A stretch of DNA of 64,000 nt from Paraspadella gotoi (GCA_051294375.1 CM119265.1:15600963-15664962), one strand, 5' to 3'. Shown: positions 12,701 through 26,670, counted from the stretch's first letter. Numbers and translations: made by a program. The notes: generated from the letters alone by a model not told the origin.

Positions 12701-13879
12701 GAAATCGAAGAGATCGAAAAGCTTCTCGGAGCTAATGTCTTCAAACGCGGTGCGAAGAGCTTTAATGTGCCAATTGGCGACTGGCGTTGCTTCCTTTCTT
12801 TCTAGGATCAACATAGCGAAGCGGAACTTACGTTTCTGGTCGAGTTTCGCAAGTTGGATGCCCTGCATTACGATAGTAGTCGAGTTAACGGGATCCGCGG
12901 CAAGGTTCCGACGAAGTTTTTCGAAGAGGGCCTGAACTAGCGGTGGGCGCTTAATCTTTACCCCGTCAGAGTCGATGAATTGTTCCAAGTGAGATTTGTG
13001 GTCTCGATGAAAGAGAATGTTTTGAGTCGTCGTTAGGAGTTTCTCTCTTAACTCACTTCCACCGGCACAATGCTCCTCCAAACGTTTGCCGGAAACTAGA
13101 AATAAGACTGTGTCGAAAGCGTCGTCGATAAAGAACTGGAGAGTTTGACGTTGGTCGCTGCGTTTTGGCGCCGCTTTGCCAAAGGCTTCGACCGAAGATA
13201 ACGCGAACGCTTCAATTTCGGGTTTGACCCTTCGTCTCTCCTCATCAAACTCAATAGCCTCTCTCAGCAACTTTAAAGATGAGGAAAATACGACGTTTAG
13301 AGATTTGGTTCTCGAAGTCAAAAGATATGAGATGGGAGAGAGAGTCAAAACAGCGTGACAAGCACCAAGCATCCATGATGTCAACCTCGCTTCCTCCGTT
13401 GATAAACTCGCGCGTAAAAGGGCTTCCGTTATAACCTAGGATGCAAATTAATTGACAATTAATTCATATCTTAAAAAATAATGTTTTAAATTAAACTCAT
13501 TTACTTGAGTGGCTGACGCTCTGAGAACGAGGAATTTAGATGTGGAGCTCAGACGACGAACAAAGTTGCTCCGCACAAAGTCGTTGATCGTTCGCCAAAT
13601 CAAAGTGGCGTCCGAATCCACCAGTTTAAGTTTTTTTTTGTTTAACAACGCGCCGAACAACCAATCCAAAAGAACCTGTACGAAATACGATAATATAATA
13701 ATAGCAGGACTGATCAGTACAAAAAAAATATAAAGATTCTACTATCTACTCACCTGATTCTTATTAGGAATAAAAGCGGTCGGTGTTGTCCAGGCATATC
13801 TGGCGATCTTGAGACGATCTTCCCAACTCAATCTCCGATCCTTTAACTTCCGGTGAAATCCGGAATAAATCGTTGACAT
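9773..13879 (-). CDS. URB2: URB2/Npa2 ribosome biogenesis protein
   Basis: N-terminus MSTIYSGFHRKLKDRRLSWEDRLKIARYAW...PNKNQ|VLLDW resembles URB2; C-terminal Urb2-like motif VFCLMDLCD...YEQDFKFMGKI; large terminal exon of about 3.66 kb. Confidence 0.9.
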
Positions 13880-14084
13880 GACCTCTATTAATCTATATAG
13901 AAAAATTCGATCAGACATCCAAACATTCATGCATCAACGGCGCACAATTTAGGCAAAATAAAAAAAAATAAAAACTACGTTCAGAATCTCGCGAGTGTCG
14001 AAGACCAAAGTCGACATACATATACGAAACCCGATATAAATAGGTAAAATTTGGAAAGAAGGGCTTGGGACAAAGGAGCAGGAA

Positions 14085-14723
14085 TTAAACGCCCGAGGCC
14101 AATTGTTGTTCAATCTTCTTGGCCAAAGAATAGTCGAGCTTTCGCCGCCGCAACACGACGACGGCGAAGGAGGCGACGCCGAGTCCAAATGCGCCGGCCT
14201 CGAACCACAAAAACTTTCTCGTTTCTGCGGAGTGATCCCGACCGCACGGTCTGTACTTTCTCTGAGAAGCTCGTCCGTCACGGCACTTCACAGTGAGTTC
14301 CACGTAGCCAGTGGTGTTGCACTCTAAGACGCCGCTGGCCCCGAGCTCGTGATCATCGCACCGACGACACTCAGACGCCGACACGATATCCCCGTCGCCG
14401 GCGGCGCCGGGACGACAGACGGAGTCATCGGCCATTACTGCGTTGGCCGACGACGAGAGCGTTTTTTCACTACCGTCGGCGGATCCATTTGAGAGGGCGT
14501 TGACCGTCCTTTTGTGCGAAGGGGGAGAATCGCCGGTTGGGAGGACGTCGACGGGTTTCCGAGTGAAGGTGACGACGCCCTCGGCCAAGAGAATGGTAAA
14601 CGTTACGCCAGCGACGATTACAAAGGCCAGGGCCAGTGATTTCTTGGAGAAGCGCGACCGAGTTTCCATCGCGGTGCAACATCCGGTCCGCAAAGTGAGC
14701 AACTGTTTTCGAAAAGATTTCAT
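14085..14723 (-). CDS. JTB: JTB (jumping translocation breakpoint) family membrane protein, intronless; start at 14723 or about 14669
   Basis: N-terminal hydrophobic segment, Cys-rich ECRRC...CNTTGYVE...C..C domain, FLWFE before a TM helix, and basic RRRKLD...KIEQQL C-tail typical of JTB. Confidence 0.85.
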   Translation of the reverse strand: MKSFRKQLLTLRTGCCTAMETRSRFSKKSLALAFVIVAGVTFTILLAEGVVTFTRKPVDVLPTGDSPPSHKRTVNALSNGSADGSEKTLSSSANAVMADDSVCRPGAAGDGDIVSASECRRCDDHELGASGVLECNTTGYVELTVKCRDGRASQRKYRPCGRDHSAETRKFLWFEAGAFGLGVASFAVVVLRRRKLDYSLAKKIEQQLASGV

Positions 14724-15344
14724 CCAAGTGACAGAGAATGAGGCAAGGGATATTATTAGGAGGGCGACAGTTAAATTAAACTATATTTATGTCCGAAATG
14801 CAGGTAAGCGAGGCATTTTTTCGTTAGTTTTCTTGAACGACGCTAATGTCAACATTTCTCTACGGTCTACCTGAAAAAACAGAAATCCCTCTTAGACGCT
14901 TTGCTTTACCGGTAACATTAAGCTGGCACGGTGACAGACTGAACTTGGATCTTTTACTAAATAAAGCTTTAAAAATCACTAAATCTAAAAAAAAAGTTCT
15001 TAAGATATTTTGACATCACAGATCACTTCAAAAGGGAACAGATGAAAAAATTTTCGTCAAAAATCTCATTTAAAAACACATACAATCAGGTACAACTAAA
15101 GAGCGAACACATTCCAAGCTCGTCAAGTAATATTGTTTAATTCTTCTTCATAAAAATGGGAAACAATAAATAATACCGATATAAAAAAAATTGTGTTCTA
15201 TGACTTAGAATTCTATCTTCTCTAGTCCTCCCCGCGTTAAATAAGAATAATGGAAAAACTATTCTAGAATATCGTTTTTTTTGTTTTTTCAGCAGAGACG
15301 GGGTGAATCGAGAAGCGAAAGCAAAACAAAAGTGTTGACGGCGA

Positions 15345-17525
15345 TCAACTGGGCTTGGTGACAATCAATACGGCGGAAGGAACGAGTCCAAGCTCGGACA
15401 AAGGTTTGCTCATGTCCGACGCACTGAACACCTTCCGCGGAAAATTAGTCATAAATGTGAAAGGTTGAGCGCGGAGGCCGTCTTTGCGATTCATATCTAC
15501 ATAGAGTCGGACGGCCGAGAGTTCCTCTTTCGCGCCAAACTGGTGCGTGAGAGTCGTTCCGTCTGGTAGTCGTATCTGCAAAGATAAAAAAATAAAACTT
15601 CAATTTGTACAACTCTAATCTTTAAATTTTTAGTACTATTGATTGTCATAAAATTTATAATCAAAAAGGATTAAAAAATTACTTGGAGCTTGCATTCGTC
15701 ATAGCTCTTTTTCGGGCCAATGTCAGCAGGGGGCGCGGGTGCGGCGGCCGGAGGTGGAACGGGGTCTGTCTTTTTGGCGAACTTGACCGCGCGTTCGGCG
15801 CGATCGCGGGCGATTTGATCGAGAACACGCTGCTTCGCCGCCTTCTCCTCCAATTTTTCTAAGCGCCTTTGTTCGGCGAGTCTAAATCAAAGAGTTAGGA
15901 GTAAACTTATTTGGCAACAGTTTTTTTTTTGGCGATCGAGTCGTAACCGAATCTTCCAACCCTCACTTTTTCATCTCTATCTCGTCGTGTTCGGCCTTGG
16001 CGGCGACGATCTCTTTCCCTTGCTTCCGTCTCATCTTCTCGCGCAAGATGGCCTCCTCCTTTTCTTTAGCTTCCCTCGCCGATCGCCGCTCCTTCATCTT
16101 CTCCTCTATTTCCTTTAACTTGGCCGCCTTTTCTTCCTCCGTCAAAGGCTTTATCTTTTCCGTTGACTCGCTGAAGTTGATGTGTTGCGTCTGAAAAATT
16201 CAATCGTAACATATCCATACTCCATATGAGCCTACTGTCATAAGTTTTTAGTTACCCACCTTCATGGCGTGCATCTCAGCGTACTCCGGACCTTTGAATA
16301 GTTTACCGCAATCGTCACATTTAAGGCTCGCGGCGGGAGCTTCTTCACTAGTCTCATCAACTTCGCCGTCCTCTTTCGAGTCGTCGACTAGGGCAGCGGA
16401 GGCACCCACGGCCGCCTCATTGGATGGCTCATCCGGGCCTGACGAAATGAGAAACAGTCAAATAGTTGTTTCAGATAGGGACGTACAATAACCAGGTCCT
16501 ACCTAGGGTAGAACTTTTTTCGACGACCTCCACGTTAGCATTAGTTTCAGATTTAGAAGAGGCGATAACGTCTGCCATGACCACGTCATCGTCCGTGACG
16601 ACCAGATCGTCAGGATCATCAGCGTGCTCGAAAAGCCACTCCAGCGCCACCTGAACGGTTAACAAGCTCAAATACGGATGAACAAAGAAATAAATTTTCA
16701 AGCTTATTCTGACTCACTTGAATCTCTGTTGTTTTAGTTATCGTGACTGCCCTGACGCACTTTTGTTTAGAAAATCCCATTTCCATGAGCATCGGCACCA
16801 AGTGGATTCCTTCGGCGGCGGCCGCTCCTGCCACGTCGCCGTTGCTGCTCACGCCAGACGAGGCGGTTGCTTGGGACGGCGCCGGATGAGTGGTGGACGC
16901 GCTTGGTCTGCGAGTGAATAAAAACTCCTTTAAAATAATCTGCCGATAAAAGTGAGAAAAGAAATATCACCTGTCCCACGGTGGTGGTTGTGGTAAACCA
17001 CCGCCGCCGCCACCTAGAGTTTGGCCTACTCCAGAAAACGCTTCCAATTTCGGTTTGTCGCCGCCGAGTTCGCGTACTTTCTTCTCCAAAGCCTCTGGGT
17101 CAGCGCCGCGTATCGAGTCAAGCTTTTCACTGTTTTTTAAAAAATGTGTTTCCGAGTTATCAAAAAATAAATTAATGATTCTTTTAAAGGTCGACCGACC
17201 TGTTTCGGAAAAACATAAAAGTGGGCATGGCTTGGACCTTGTTATCGTTTGCCGTTCGAGGGCATTCATCCACGTCGACCTGGGATCGGTGAGAAAATTA
17301 AAAATCGACCAACTCGCTTAACCCCACCACCAAAAGACCGAAACTCGCCTTGAGGAAAAGGACATGCGAGTATTTTGAGGCCAATTCCGCGAAGAAGGGA
17401 GCAATGCGCTTGCAGGGACCGCACCAAGACGCGGTAAAGTCCACCACGACGAGTTTGTTGGCGCCGGCGTTAGAGAGTTCTCGAGGGAAAGCGTCATCCC
17501 CCATTACATGACGCGGGGTCGCCAT
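15345..17525 (-). CDS. UBXN1: Thioredoxin-UBXN1 (SAKS1-like) fusion: Trx(WCGPC)-SHP box-UBA-C2H2-coiled coil-UBX
   Basis: Exons encode [36 protein letters not shown]...VALEWLFEH (UBA), [11 protein letters not shown]...HAMK|TQHINFSES, a charged coil, and IRLPDG...[10 protein letters not shown]...[11 protein letters not shown] (UBX). The Trx-to-UBA junction is in frame across intron ~16970-16908. Confidence 0.85.
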
Positions 17526-17703
17526 AATCAATATTAATTTCAGAACTAAGGTCTGATAATAAGTTTTTTATATTCGAGCCTTAATAAAAAGAGTTAAAAC
17601 CATAAAAGCAACAAAGAAGTTTAACGTCAAACGTTAATAAAATCCATTAAGGCTAAGGGAATGTGTCGGAGACGTCGGTATAAGAACAATTAGTGACATG
17701 GTG

Positions 17704-20700
17704 TTAAGACCTCGTCGAAAGTCTTCCACGCTTCGAATTGGGCGCCGTGCCGGCGGACCCAGTCGGTTCTGCCTTTCGCTTAACTCCATTGACGAGCGAG
17801 TACTGTTCAAGATCCGCGGCACCTTGCAGAAAAGCTGGAATATACTCGGGTTTAAAAACCTTCACGTCCAAAGACTTTAATAATCCGATGATCACATCTT
17901 TGTTTTCGCCAAGACGTCTTTCGTCCAAAAGCGCATGAGTGGCCTGGAAAAAAAAGCAACTAAAGTAAAAAAAGAAAATTTCCAGAACAATAATGTACTT
18001 TTCTTTCCAAACCACGTCTCTTTACTTCGTGCATCACGTCGTCGGTGAAAGGGAGCTCGGTCGCGATAATCTGGCCGCCGCCTGCCTCCAGCAGCCTCAC
18101 CAAACCAGGTTCTTTGTTTTTGTCGGTGATTAGCAAGACTTTCCAACGGCCGGTGGGCTCGATGAAAGCGCCGTAGTCGTCGGCATGCTGCTGGGCGCGC
18201 AAATCGTGAAGCCGTTTTCTCCAGGAGTGCGCGGATGACGCCAGATTTCGAGCCATTTCCGATAAGGATTCAAGGGCTGCGACGTTTGAAGGCGATCCCC
18301 ACTCGAAATCGGTCTCAGGCAAAAAACGATCGGCTTCTTGGGATTTGACTAGGTAAGACTTTGAAAGCACCCACCTGAAAGATACATTTACACACCAAGC
18401 TGAAAGAGCTAAAAATAACGATTAAAATAAACCTGGATTGAGTGATTTACCTTCCGGAAGCTACGCAGGCCAAAAATTTTTCGTTGCGAGCTGGTTGTTT
18501 AACTATCAGATGAGTACAAGCGTACTCAAAGTTGCTTGATTCCAATAACTCTCCTCCTAAAGTCTCGACGACGAGTTTCAAATCCTCTTTCTCTTTCTGC
18601 GTCAAGCCTGAAAATTGAAACACTTTCTTTTCCTCCAACTCAAGATGGGTTTCATCCGCCATTTCTTTCAGAATTTCGACAGTTTCTGGCAAATGAGCTT
18701 CTTCAGCGTCGACGGGCTTGTCAACGCTCTTTTCGACGTTTCCCTTCGAGCGATCTTCCATCGCCGCCAACATAAGCGAGTCGGCAATAGTATCGCCACC
18801 GAAAGTATCTTCTGGTGGCGGAGCGGGAGCTGACACAAAACCCTGAGTTTGCTGGCAGACGTCGCGTATCTTGGAGGCCATCTTTTCTCTCTCCGCCTTT
18901 TCTGTCGGATCTTCCCACCCGATGCCCATCGGCATGCTGCCCTCGTAAGTCGGTGGAGAGTCCTTTTTAAAGGTTTTGGCCAAGGCGTCCAGCATGATCG
19001 GTGTCGAGGTTGTGCCAGAGTTGGAGCTGCCAATATCACTTCCCGGTGCTGGTGAATTCGCCAGGGATTCGTTGCGGGACCGAAGGAGGCTCTGGCGCCT
19101 TTGCTTCGTCGCTTCGATAAAGGCGGCGCAACGTTCGAGAGCTAACGATTCTTTGGTCCGCTCGTCGTCGTTCTCCTTTTCAGAAACGACCTCCTCGCCC
19201 CTTGCCAAAAAAGCCGAAGAGTCGCTAACTGTTGTGGTTCTTGCACTACTCCTTGTGGATCGCACGTTTGCTGGTGAAGCTCCGCCCTTCAATACCGTCC
19301 CAAGATTTTTCTTCCCGTCGAAGGTGTACGGAAATTGATCCTCGTCCAACCGCTTGTCCTCTTCGAGACATTGGTGAAGCCATTCGGGACAAACTATATA
19401 TTTGGCTAAATTTCTCGCAGTTTTTATCTCCTTGTTACAATCTGAGGACTTCCCCTGGTAAATAAAGTGGGTGCAGGACTGATCGAAAGTCCATCGGTAT
19501 TCGGCGCCGAGGTCGAGGGCGAGGGAATTTAGTTTTTCTTGCATGTGGCCCAGTTTCTTGGAGACCGCAATGATGACTCCCTGCAGGGGTGGTGGTTTGG
19601 CCACCAATGGACCTCCTGGCGTTTGTGAAGCCTTGAAAGCTTCGGCATCCTGCTTCTTCCAGTCCGGGGTTCCTTGGGTATTAATTATGGCCTGTTTCAT
19701 GGCCTCCTCGTAAAGAACGTCCACTGGAATGCTGTGTTTCCTAGCGTGCTTTCGTTTCTGCCCTGTTGTTGGACTAATCGTTGACGGTGGCTCTGGTGTG
19801 TTGAGTTCGTCTAGAAAGTCATTGAAATCAAAATCTGGGTGGTAGCTGACGTTGGGATCCATAAACCGCGCAGGAGTGACTGTTCCCGATTGTCGTCGCT
19901 TTTCGGCTTCTCCGACCGCTGAAGCGTCGTCGTCTTTGGGAGATCCTCCGGCGCCGTCACTTAAAGCGTTTTTGCGAAGATGCGCCACTCTGGGATGATG
20001 AGCGGTGGGCGTCACGCCGGGCGTCGTAGAATGTGACATTTTTGTTGTCGTTTGCATTGGCGTGTTTGGGGTCGAGTGAACGTCGTGCACCCGACGTGAC
20101 CGTAAAATCGTGGGCGTGGCCGAGTCGCACTGTTCTTCAGCCAGTCGACGACCGATGGGAAGAGTGTTACTTGGGGGGAGGTCGTTAAGAGCGAACGTCT
20201 CCTCCGCTTCCTGGATCGAGTCACGGTCACCCAGTTCCTCCGTCGGGCGCTGATCGACAGTAGGGTGAACGATCGGATCGGCCACCGAAGCGACGGCTGG
20301 ATCAACAACCGCGTCTCCGAAAGTCGTCGCCGTCATAGTCGTAGTACCCATAGATTCCTCCGCGGATTCAGCGTCAATATCGTACTTGGCAATGGGCACT
20401 AGTTTTTTTCTTCGCGCGCAGGCGAACAGCCACCTAGCGCTGACCGCGGGAATATTCCATTTTTTAGCAGCGGTGTATTTTTGTCCAGAAGCTGTTTGAC
20501 AAATGAGATGCGTATTTGCCTTCGCCTGTGACGCGTCCTGAGAGGAAAGAAAAGATTAGAGGAGAGTCAAGGAAACAAAGAGCGGCTTTGAATCAAACCA
20601 CATTTGTGACACCTTTCCGCCTTTGGGTTTTCTAGCGAAAAGCTCCTGTACGTGCGCGCCAAGCATTTGCGAAAGATGCTGAATGTTCTCCCGTTCCACA

Positions 20701-23361
20701 CCAGTGTAGCCGGTAACGGTGATGACGCAGTCTTTAAGAGGAACGTCGTCCTCGTCAAAGTCGAAGGCCGAGAACATGGGATTTGAATTGACGGGAAGCA
20801 GGACCTGGGACTCTGTACACATCTGAACCCAACAGCTCGTCGTCGTCTGTTTGGCCCGGATGAACTGCGCGCCGGTTGGAATGCCCTAAAATAGTCATAT
20901 TGGTTACATATATTATAACCCAGGGTTATAAAATTCCAAAAACTGTATTTTAACGGGGAAACTTAACCTGCAAGGGAACTATAAGGTAATCAGCCTCCGA
21001 GCCCTGCAGCGTCGTAGGAGTCGACAGCACAACGATACCCTGGCTCTCCTCGATGATTTCTGCAAGCGCCATGGAGTCTTCATCGTCGAACCCAAGAACA
21101 GCGATCCTTAGCCCTTTGAAGACATCCATCTCGATGGTCTCTTGAGACTCGGACTCTTGAGAATCCACGCCCTCCGGCATCAGCGACGTTCCCTTGGCAT
21201 CCTCCGACCGATCCGCCCCATGGTTATCGATCGCCCGCGCCGACGAGTCTGATCCCGTTTTGGTGTCGACCTTTTCAGTGTCTGAATCGGCGGAATGTTT
21301 GGAAGCCGGCGCAACCTCCGCCTTTTCCACTGCGCGCAAGATGGAATCGTCGTCGAATGATTCGAAGTCGGCCGAGAAAGCCCGCTTGGGATTCGTCTTG
21401 GAAGCCCCATTTTCCGAAGCTTTATACGTTAAGGTTTCTTCGTTTTTTTGAGACCCATACTGCGTCATGATGTCATCGTCCTCAAAGGGTCGATGAACGA
21501 TCGTGGTCTCGGGCCCCTCGGGGATGTCCTTGGTAGAAGTAGCACGTTTGACGGGAACCTTGGGCTTCAGAAACTGATCCTCGGCGACTTCTTCCTCTGG
21601 AGGCGCAGTGTTTTGACGCAAAAAGGGGCCTTCGGGAACAGACTTTCCCTGTCGAGCGCACTCAATCAACCAGTCTGGAAGCACAATGGTCGGGTTCCAG
21701 CCATTGTCTTCTAAAACCGACATAAGATCGGATTCTGTCCGGGGGGAGTGACAGTCTAAGATCACGTGTGTGACATTTTCGCTAAGCGTTGAAAAACGCG
21801 ATGCACCGCCTGTAAACAAACGAAAAAAGAATGTAGTCGTATTACCCATAACTTTTCGTTATAATTTATTACTGACCGGCGTTGATGAGTTTCGCACACT
21901 TTTCCGCGTGACCGGCGGCCAACCCGCAAACGTAAATTTTGCAACCATCGAGGAAGGCCGTCTTCCCGGCGGTGAGTTGGGCGACGTCGACGAGGTCGAG
22001 GGAATGTCGTCCACCGGCCACGCCGCTTAAAGACGACGCCACTGTCGTGTTCAACGTCTCGTTGACGTGAGACGCGTCAATCACAGAAATGTCTGAGGAG
22101 ACGGAGAAACGCGGGGCGGAGACCGTAGCGAGAGTAGAGGTGACGCTGCTTTCAGATTGAGCTTTTTTGGATTTTTTAGAAAATATCGCAATTAGATTCA
22201 AAAATTCCATTAATTATAGCTACTTTATAACCTATCAACCATTTAAAAAGTCTACCTCTCTTTTTGTCGGGCGTCGAGGACGTTCCTCCGGCATCTCCAC
22301 CTTCCACAAGGTAGTTGTTCTCGTCCTGACAATATCCCTTGGCGACGCTGTCCTCGATCCACTTGATGCTGATGCAACGAATCTTCCATTTTTGCGCACA
22401 TTGAAATTTTTGACCTGCAGAGAACTTGGTGTCATTTTGGAAAAATCAGCTGTTGCTGCTAGTATTCATTCATTGGCATTCGCTCAACCCCAACAACCTG
22501 AAGGTTCTTTGACTATGAGGTGGGAGCAGTTTTGTAGCTTCAGGTCCCCTGAATAAGTGGCTCCCTCGGAGATGACCGTCTCCTTGATAAAGTTTCTTTC
22601 TCGAAGGTCGTAGCCCGAGGCGCAAAATTTCATCCCTTCGAAAAGCGGACATCGAAACTTACGTATGACCTCCTCGCGCGTCCCATCGAAGGACTCGTTC
22701 TTTCCAGCCTCCCAACAATGATCCAGCCACTTCGGCGAGAGAATGGGGATGGCCTTCTCCGCGGCGACGATGTACTTTTTCGAGGAGGCGCCAGTCGTCA
22801 GAGTGACCAGATGCGTGACGTCGGCAGTGAAAGATTTTTCGACTCGACCGTACATGAGACGGATCCGTTCGTACATGTGGTCTCGCTCGGCCTCTCGAAT
22901 GCCGGAGACGGAAACGATCGCGCCTCGTAACGCCGTGTGCAGAACGGGATAGTCGCATCGGGGAATCTTAACGCTGTCTGAGGGAAAGGTCGGGGATAAA
23001 AGAGTGAAGGTATGTGAGAGCCACTGTTCTACAATTGCCAATGAATAGTTGAATGCTGAATAGTGTGCGGACCTTTAAGGCATTGAATCACAACTTGGGC
23101 GCCAACGACGAAACATTTTTGCGACTTGAGATTCTCATAAGCCTCGCCTTCGAAGGGGTCGACCACGAAATAAGTTGTTTTCACGCGAGAAGTTATCGCT
23201 TTGCAAGCCGTCTCCGTGATCCACTCCAGTGGCTCTACCTCTTCTTCCTTTAGAATTTGGAAAAGCCCTTTTAGTCTCTGAGAGGGAGTCTTATTATCGG
23301 GCATGACGAGTTTGATCACGTTCGGCCCTTTAGTCTTGGATCTAGTTTTCGATTCATCCAT
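17704..23361 (-). CDS. TOPBP1: DNA topoisomerase II-binding protein 1 (multi-BRCT checkpoint/replication scaffold)
   Basis: Successive BRCT repeats (LRGAIVSVSG, FEGMKFCASG, FLDGCKIYVCG, FKGLRIAVLG, LKDCVITVTG, LQGVIIAVSKK, FQFSGL...RNEKFLACVASG) and the ATR-activation-domain motif IGWEDPT. Confidence 0.93.
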
Positions 23362-23934
23362 TTTATCTACTAGTAGTTATTCTCATAAGTCGGTCGCTCA
23401 CGGAAGTATCTCATCTTGATATAAAATCCAAACAGTATAGACAAAAAGTACAATATAATGATACAAGTACCAACGCAGAAAGAATACTACGTATTTACAA
23501 AGTTGACAAACTTCAATAAAAAGAACATCTTCATCTGAAAGCTAAATACACGCTATCGGGTTACCTCTGACCATTATATACTAATGAAAAAAATAAGTGC
23601 AAAAGATGTGCAATGTGCATCTCTTCTCCATGAATACATTTTTATACTACAGATTTAACCAGTGATTTCTGGGCAGCTATATAATGGTTTCCGGTATGCA
23701 ACGGCGTGATAACTAAATTTCTTTCATTAGTACGAAAGATTTTTCAATATTTCAAAAAATGTAATTGGAAAAGTATATGAGATGAAACAAAGAGCCAAAG
23801 ACTAAGATATAAGTTGAATAAACATAAAATTACCATTGTTTGAAAGAAAAAAAAATCATTCAAAAAAACAAACTATTTGCAATACAGATCCGGATTGAAC
23901 ATCGTGAATGTAAGTAAGAAAGTTTTTTCTTCAT

Positions 23935-25280
23935 TTAATATGACGGAGATCTTCGAGCTCGGCCAGATCCTGAGCCTAAAAAAAAAAAATTATATCAAAA
24001 TGCTAACAATTTTAAATACGTAATGTAGGTTGTAGATTCTTATCTTAGGCAACTTAAAAAACATGCTTTCTATTAAGTAAACAAATCTAACAAATACCAT
24101 TTTGTTGATAAGCTCTTTCGGCAGAACGTGAACGACTTCTGTTTCTTCCTCCACGAAAACCTCCGCGAAATCCCCCGCCTCCCCCTCCTCCGCGGCCGCG
24201 ACCGCGGCCCTCGAATCTTAAAGTAAATGGAAAGAATATATATTTTTTTAGTATCTTAAATCTCAACTCTAAAAAGAATATAACGCATTGTTTGACTTCA
24301 ATATACACTTCAAAAATAAATACCAAAAAGTAACCACCAAGTATCTTCACGCAGACAAAAAATTAATCACCTGTCTCCTCCACCTCGTCCCCTTCCACCT
24401 CCATATCCGTCGTTGCGATCCCTGCCTCCACTAAAATCCCTCCTACTGCCTCCGCCTCCATATCCCCCACCACCACCGCCGCCGCCAGAGAAGCCCGATC
24501 CATCGCGGCTGTCATCTCTATAACCTCCTCCACGGGAGCCGCCTTCCCTTCGACCTCCGTATCCACCGGAATCACGCCTTCCACCGCCGCCATCGAACCT
24601 TCGACCTCCGTCGTCCCTAAATAGTGCCCACATTGCAAGATGTATTATTGAATCGTCTCACTTTTTCACTAATCTGGATCTGTCGTACCTTCCGCCATAG
24701 TCTCTCCCGCCCCCGTTGTTATAACGATTTCCGTCGCCACCGCCGTTGTAATCTCCACTACTTCCGTAATTTCTTCCTCCACCTCCCCTTCCGCCGCTGA
24801 ATCCTCCTCCACCGAAACCACGACTACCGCCTCGGGATCCACCCCCTCGCCCCCCGCGGTCTCCACCCCCGCGGCGACCTCGTGACATTTGGACACGGAT
24901 ATTGCTGAAACGCGAAAGAAAAAAAACTTTCCATAACCGTCGTAAAAATATTTTTGATCCTCTGTCTCAATTTACCTTCCCTTGAAGAGCGTTCCGTCCA
25001 TTGCTTTGATACAATCCTCGGCATCTCTCGGATCCTCGTAGTCGATGAAGCCGAAGCCGGGCGGATTTTTCGCCACCCAAATATGGCTAATGGTGCCGTA
25101 TTTGCTAAACGGCCCCCGCAGGTCATCTTCCAAGGTGTCCGGGTTCAGATCTCCGATGTACACTTGAGCTTTAGGAGCTCCGTTGTCACGTTTGAAGCCA
25201 CGCCCTCCCCCGCGTGGTCCTCCACGGGGCGCCGTCGCCGATTTATAATCGCTATCGTCATCGTTGGAGTATTGAGACAT
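23935..25280 (-). CDS. SRSF3/SRSF7(RBP1)-type RRM protein with RGG/YGG-rich tail and short RS end, paralog A
   Basis: RRM VYIGDL...IWVAKNPPGFGFIDYEDPRDAED; several Gly/Arg-rich exons; RNRSRSRS and a terminal exon GSGSGRARRSPSY* joined in phase 1. Confidence 0.85.
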
Positions 25281-26670
25281 GGCTGGGTGAAGTCGTGACA
25301 ATGCGCGTCGAAATGAGAAACTTATTTTTCGATTTTAAATCCTTTTTATTTTATTTTCATTATTTGTGAGATTATTTTGAGAATCGTCGACAGGGTAGCT
25401 TAATCGAAACGAGTGCTGAATTATTACATATTAGAAGAAAAGCTATGCATCATGGTGGGCGAGACGAAATTGATTACAGGTTTTAGTACGAGAGGAAAAT
25501 CGCAGGAAGCGTTTAACGTTAGGACGAATGACACAAATATAGGTTTATTTCGACGTATGGACAACTGAAAAAGCTCCGTTTTTTAATCTAGATACCTTTT
25601 TAATGTAATTTTTTTAATTTTGAACGTGATATTCGAGACATGAGACGATATATATCATTCCTGGAATGGACTTAGTTGCCAAGGTGATTTTATTGTTCTA
25701 TTTCCTCCGATAGGTTGGAATCTAGACTTACTTTTCGCGAAATAAGAGAGATAAGAGAAAGTGAGGAAGAAACGCTGGTGATTTCGCTGGGTGGGAAAGG
25801 TTGCGAAAGTTTCTTTGAATTAACTTTGAAATTGTCGCGGAACGTATGCAGTTCAAGAGAAAACGAAATCATAGAAATACCGATGCCAACAAGGTCGGCT
25901 TATGGTAGAAAATATCCGATGAAACGAAGAAAGACGCGCCGTAACCGACGTTTGGCCGCCACACGGAACGAATAGTAAAGAACAATATTCTAGAAGATGT
26001 ATAACGGCGAACGAGGTGGACTGAAGTTAGTGAACTTTTAAAGGAGACTTATTCCGTTGTAACTTTTGGTTTTTAAGGTGTTTTGTAGAAAAGAGGTAGA
26101 AACTTACAAAATGGAGGTTTACCGTCCCTACCAAGCCGTTCTGAATGTATCTTCATCCGTATTCAAGTCTACGAGACGTTAAAATTATAAGTTTCAAGGC
26201 CGCCTTGCGGAAATGAAATTGCCAGACGGGATGAAGATTTATCGCCAAAAATGGCATCATAACCGGGCCTTTGACTGAATGAGCAACGTTCATCGAGTCC
26301 AACTTTGCTAATCGCATGGAGGAAACCACCCTTTAACTTGCCTCAAATCGGTCTCAAAAATAGCAATGATCTGGGCTTTGCCTGCCGAGTAGATTAGAGG
26401 AAAACCAGAATTTATTATATTTTCTTATTCAAACGGCGCTTAAATCAGAATTCCTTACACCACAATAGACTGTTCTAATCGTGCAATTCAATTTGATATC
26501 GTTCAACTCATAAAATAACGCGAAATTAAAAGAAAATACTACAATAACGTATTCGAACGCCTACTACATAGTAGCTGAAATATAATCGTAAAAGTTACTT
26601 ATTTCGTAAATATTAAGCTCGTCGAAAAGGCGCCGTTCATCTAGGTGCCTCAGTCACTCAAAAGAGTCTC

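Noticed and set aside
25690-26400. Possible small plus-strand gene (basic ORF MKRRKTRRNRR and splice-like sites)
   Set aside because: No consistent multi-exon frame or recognisable homology could be built.
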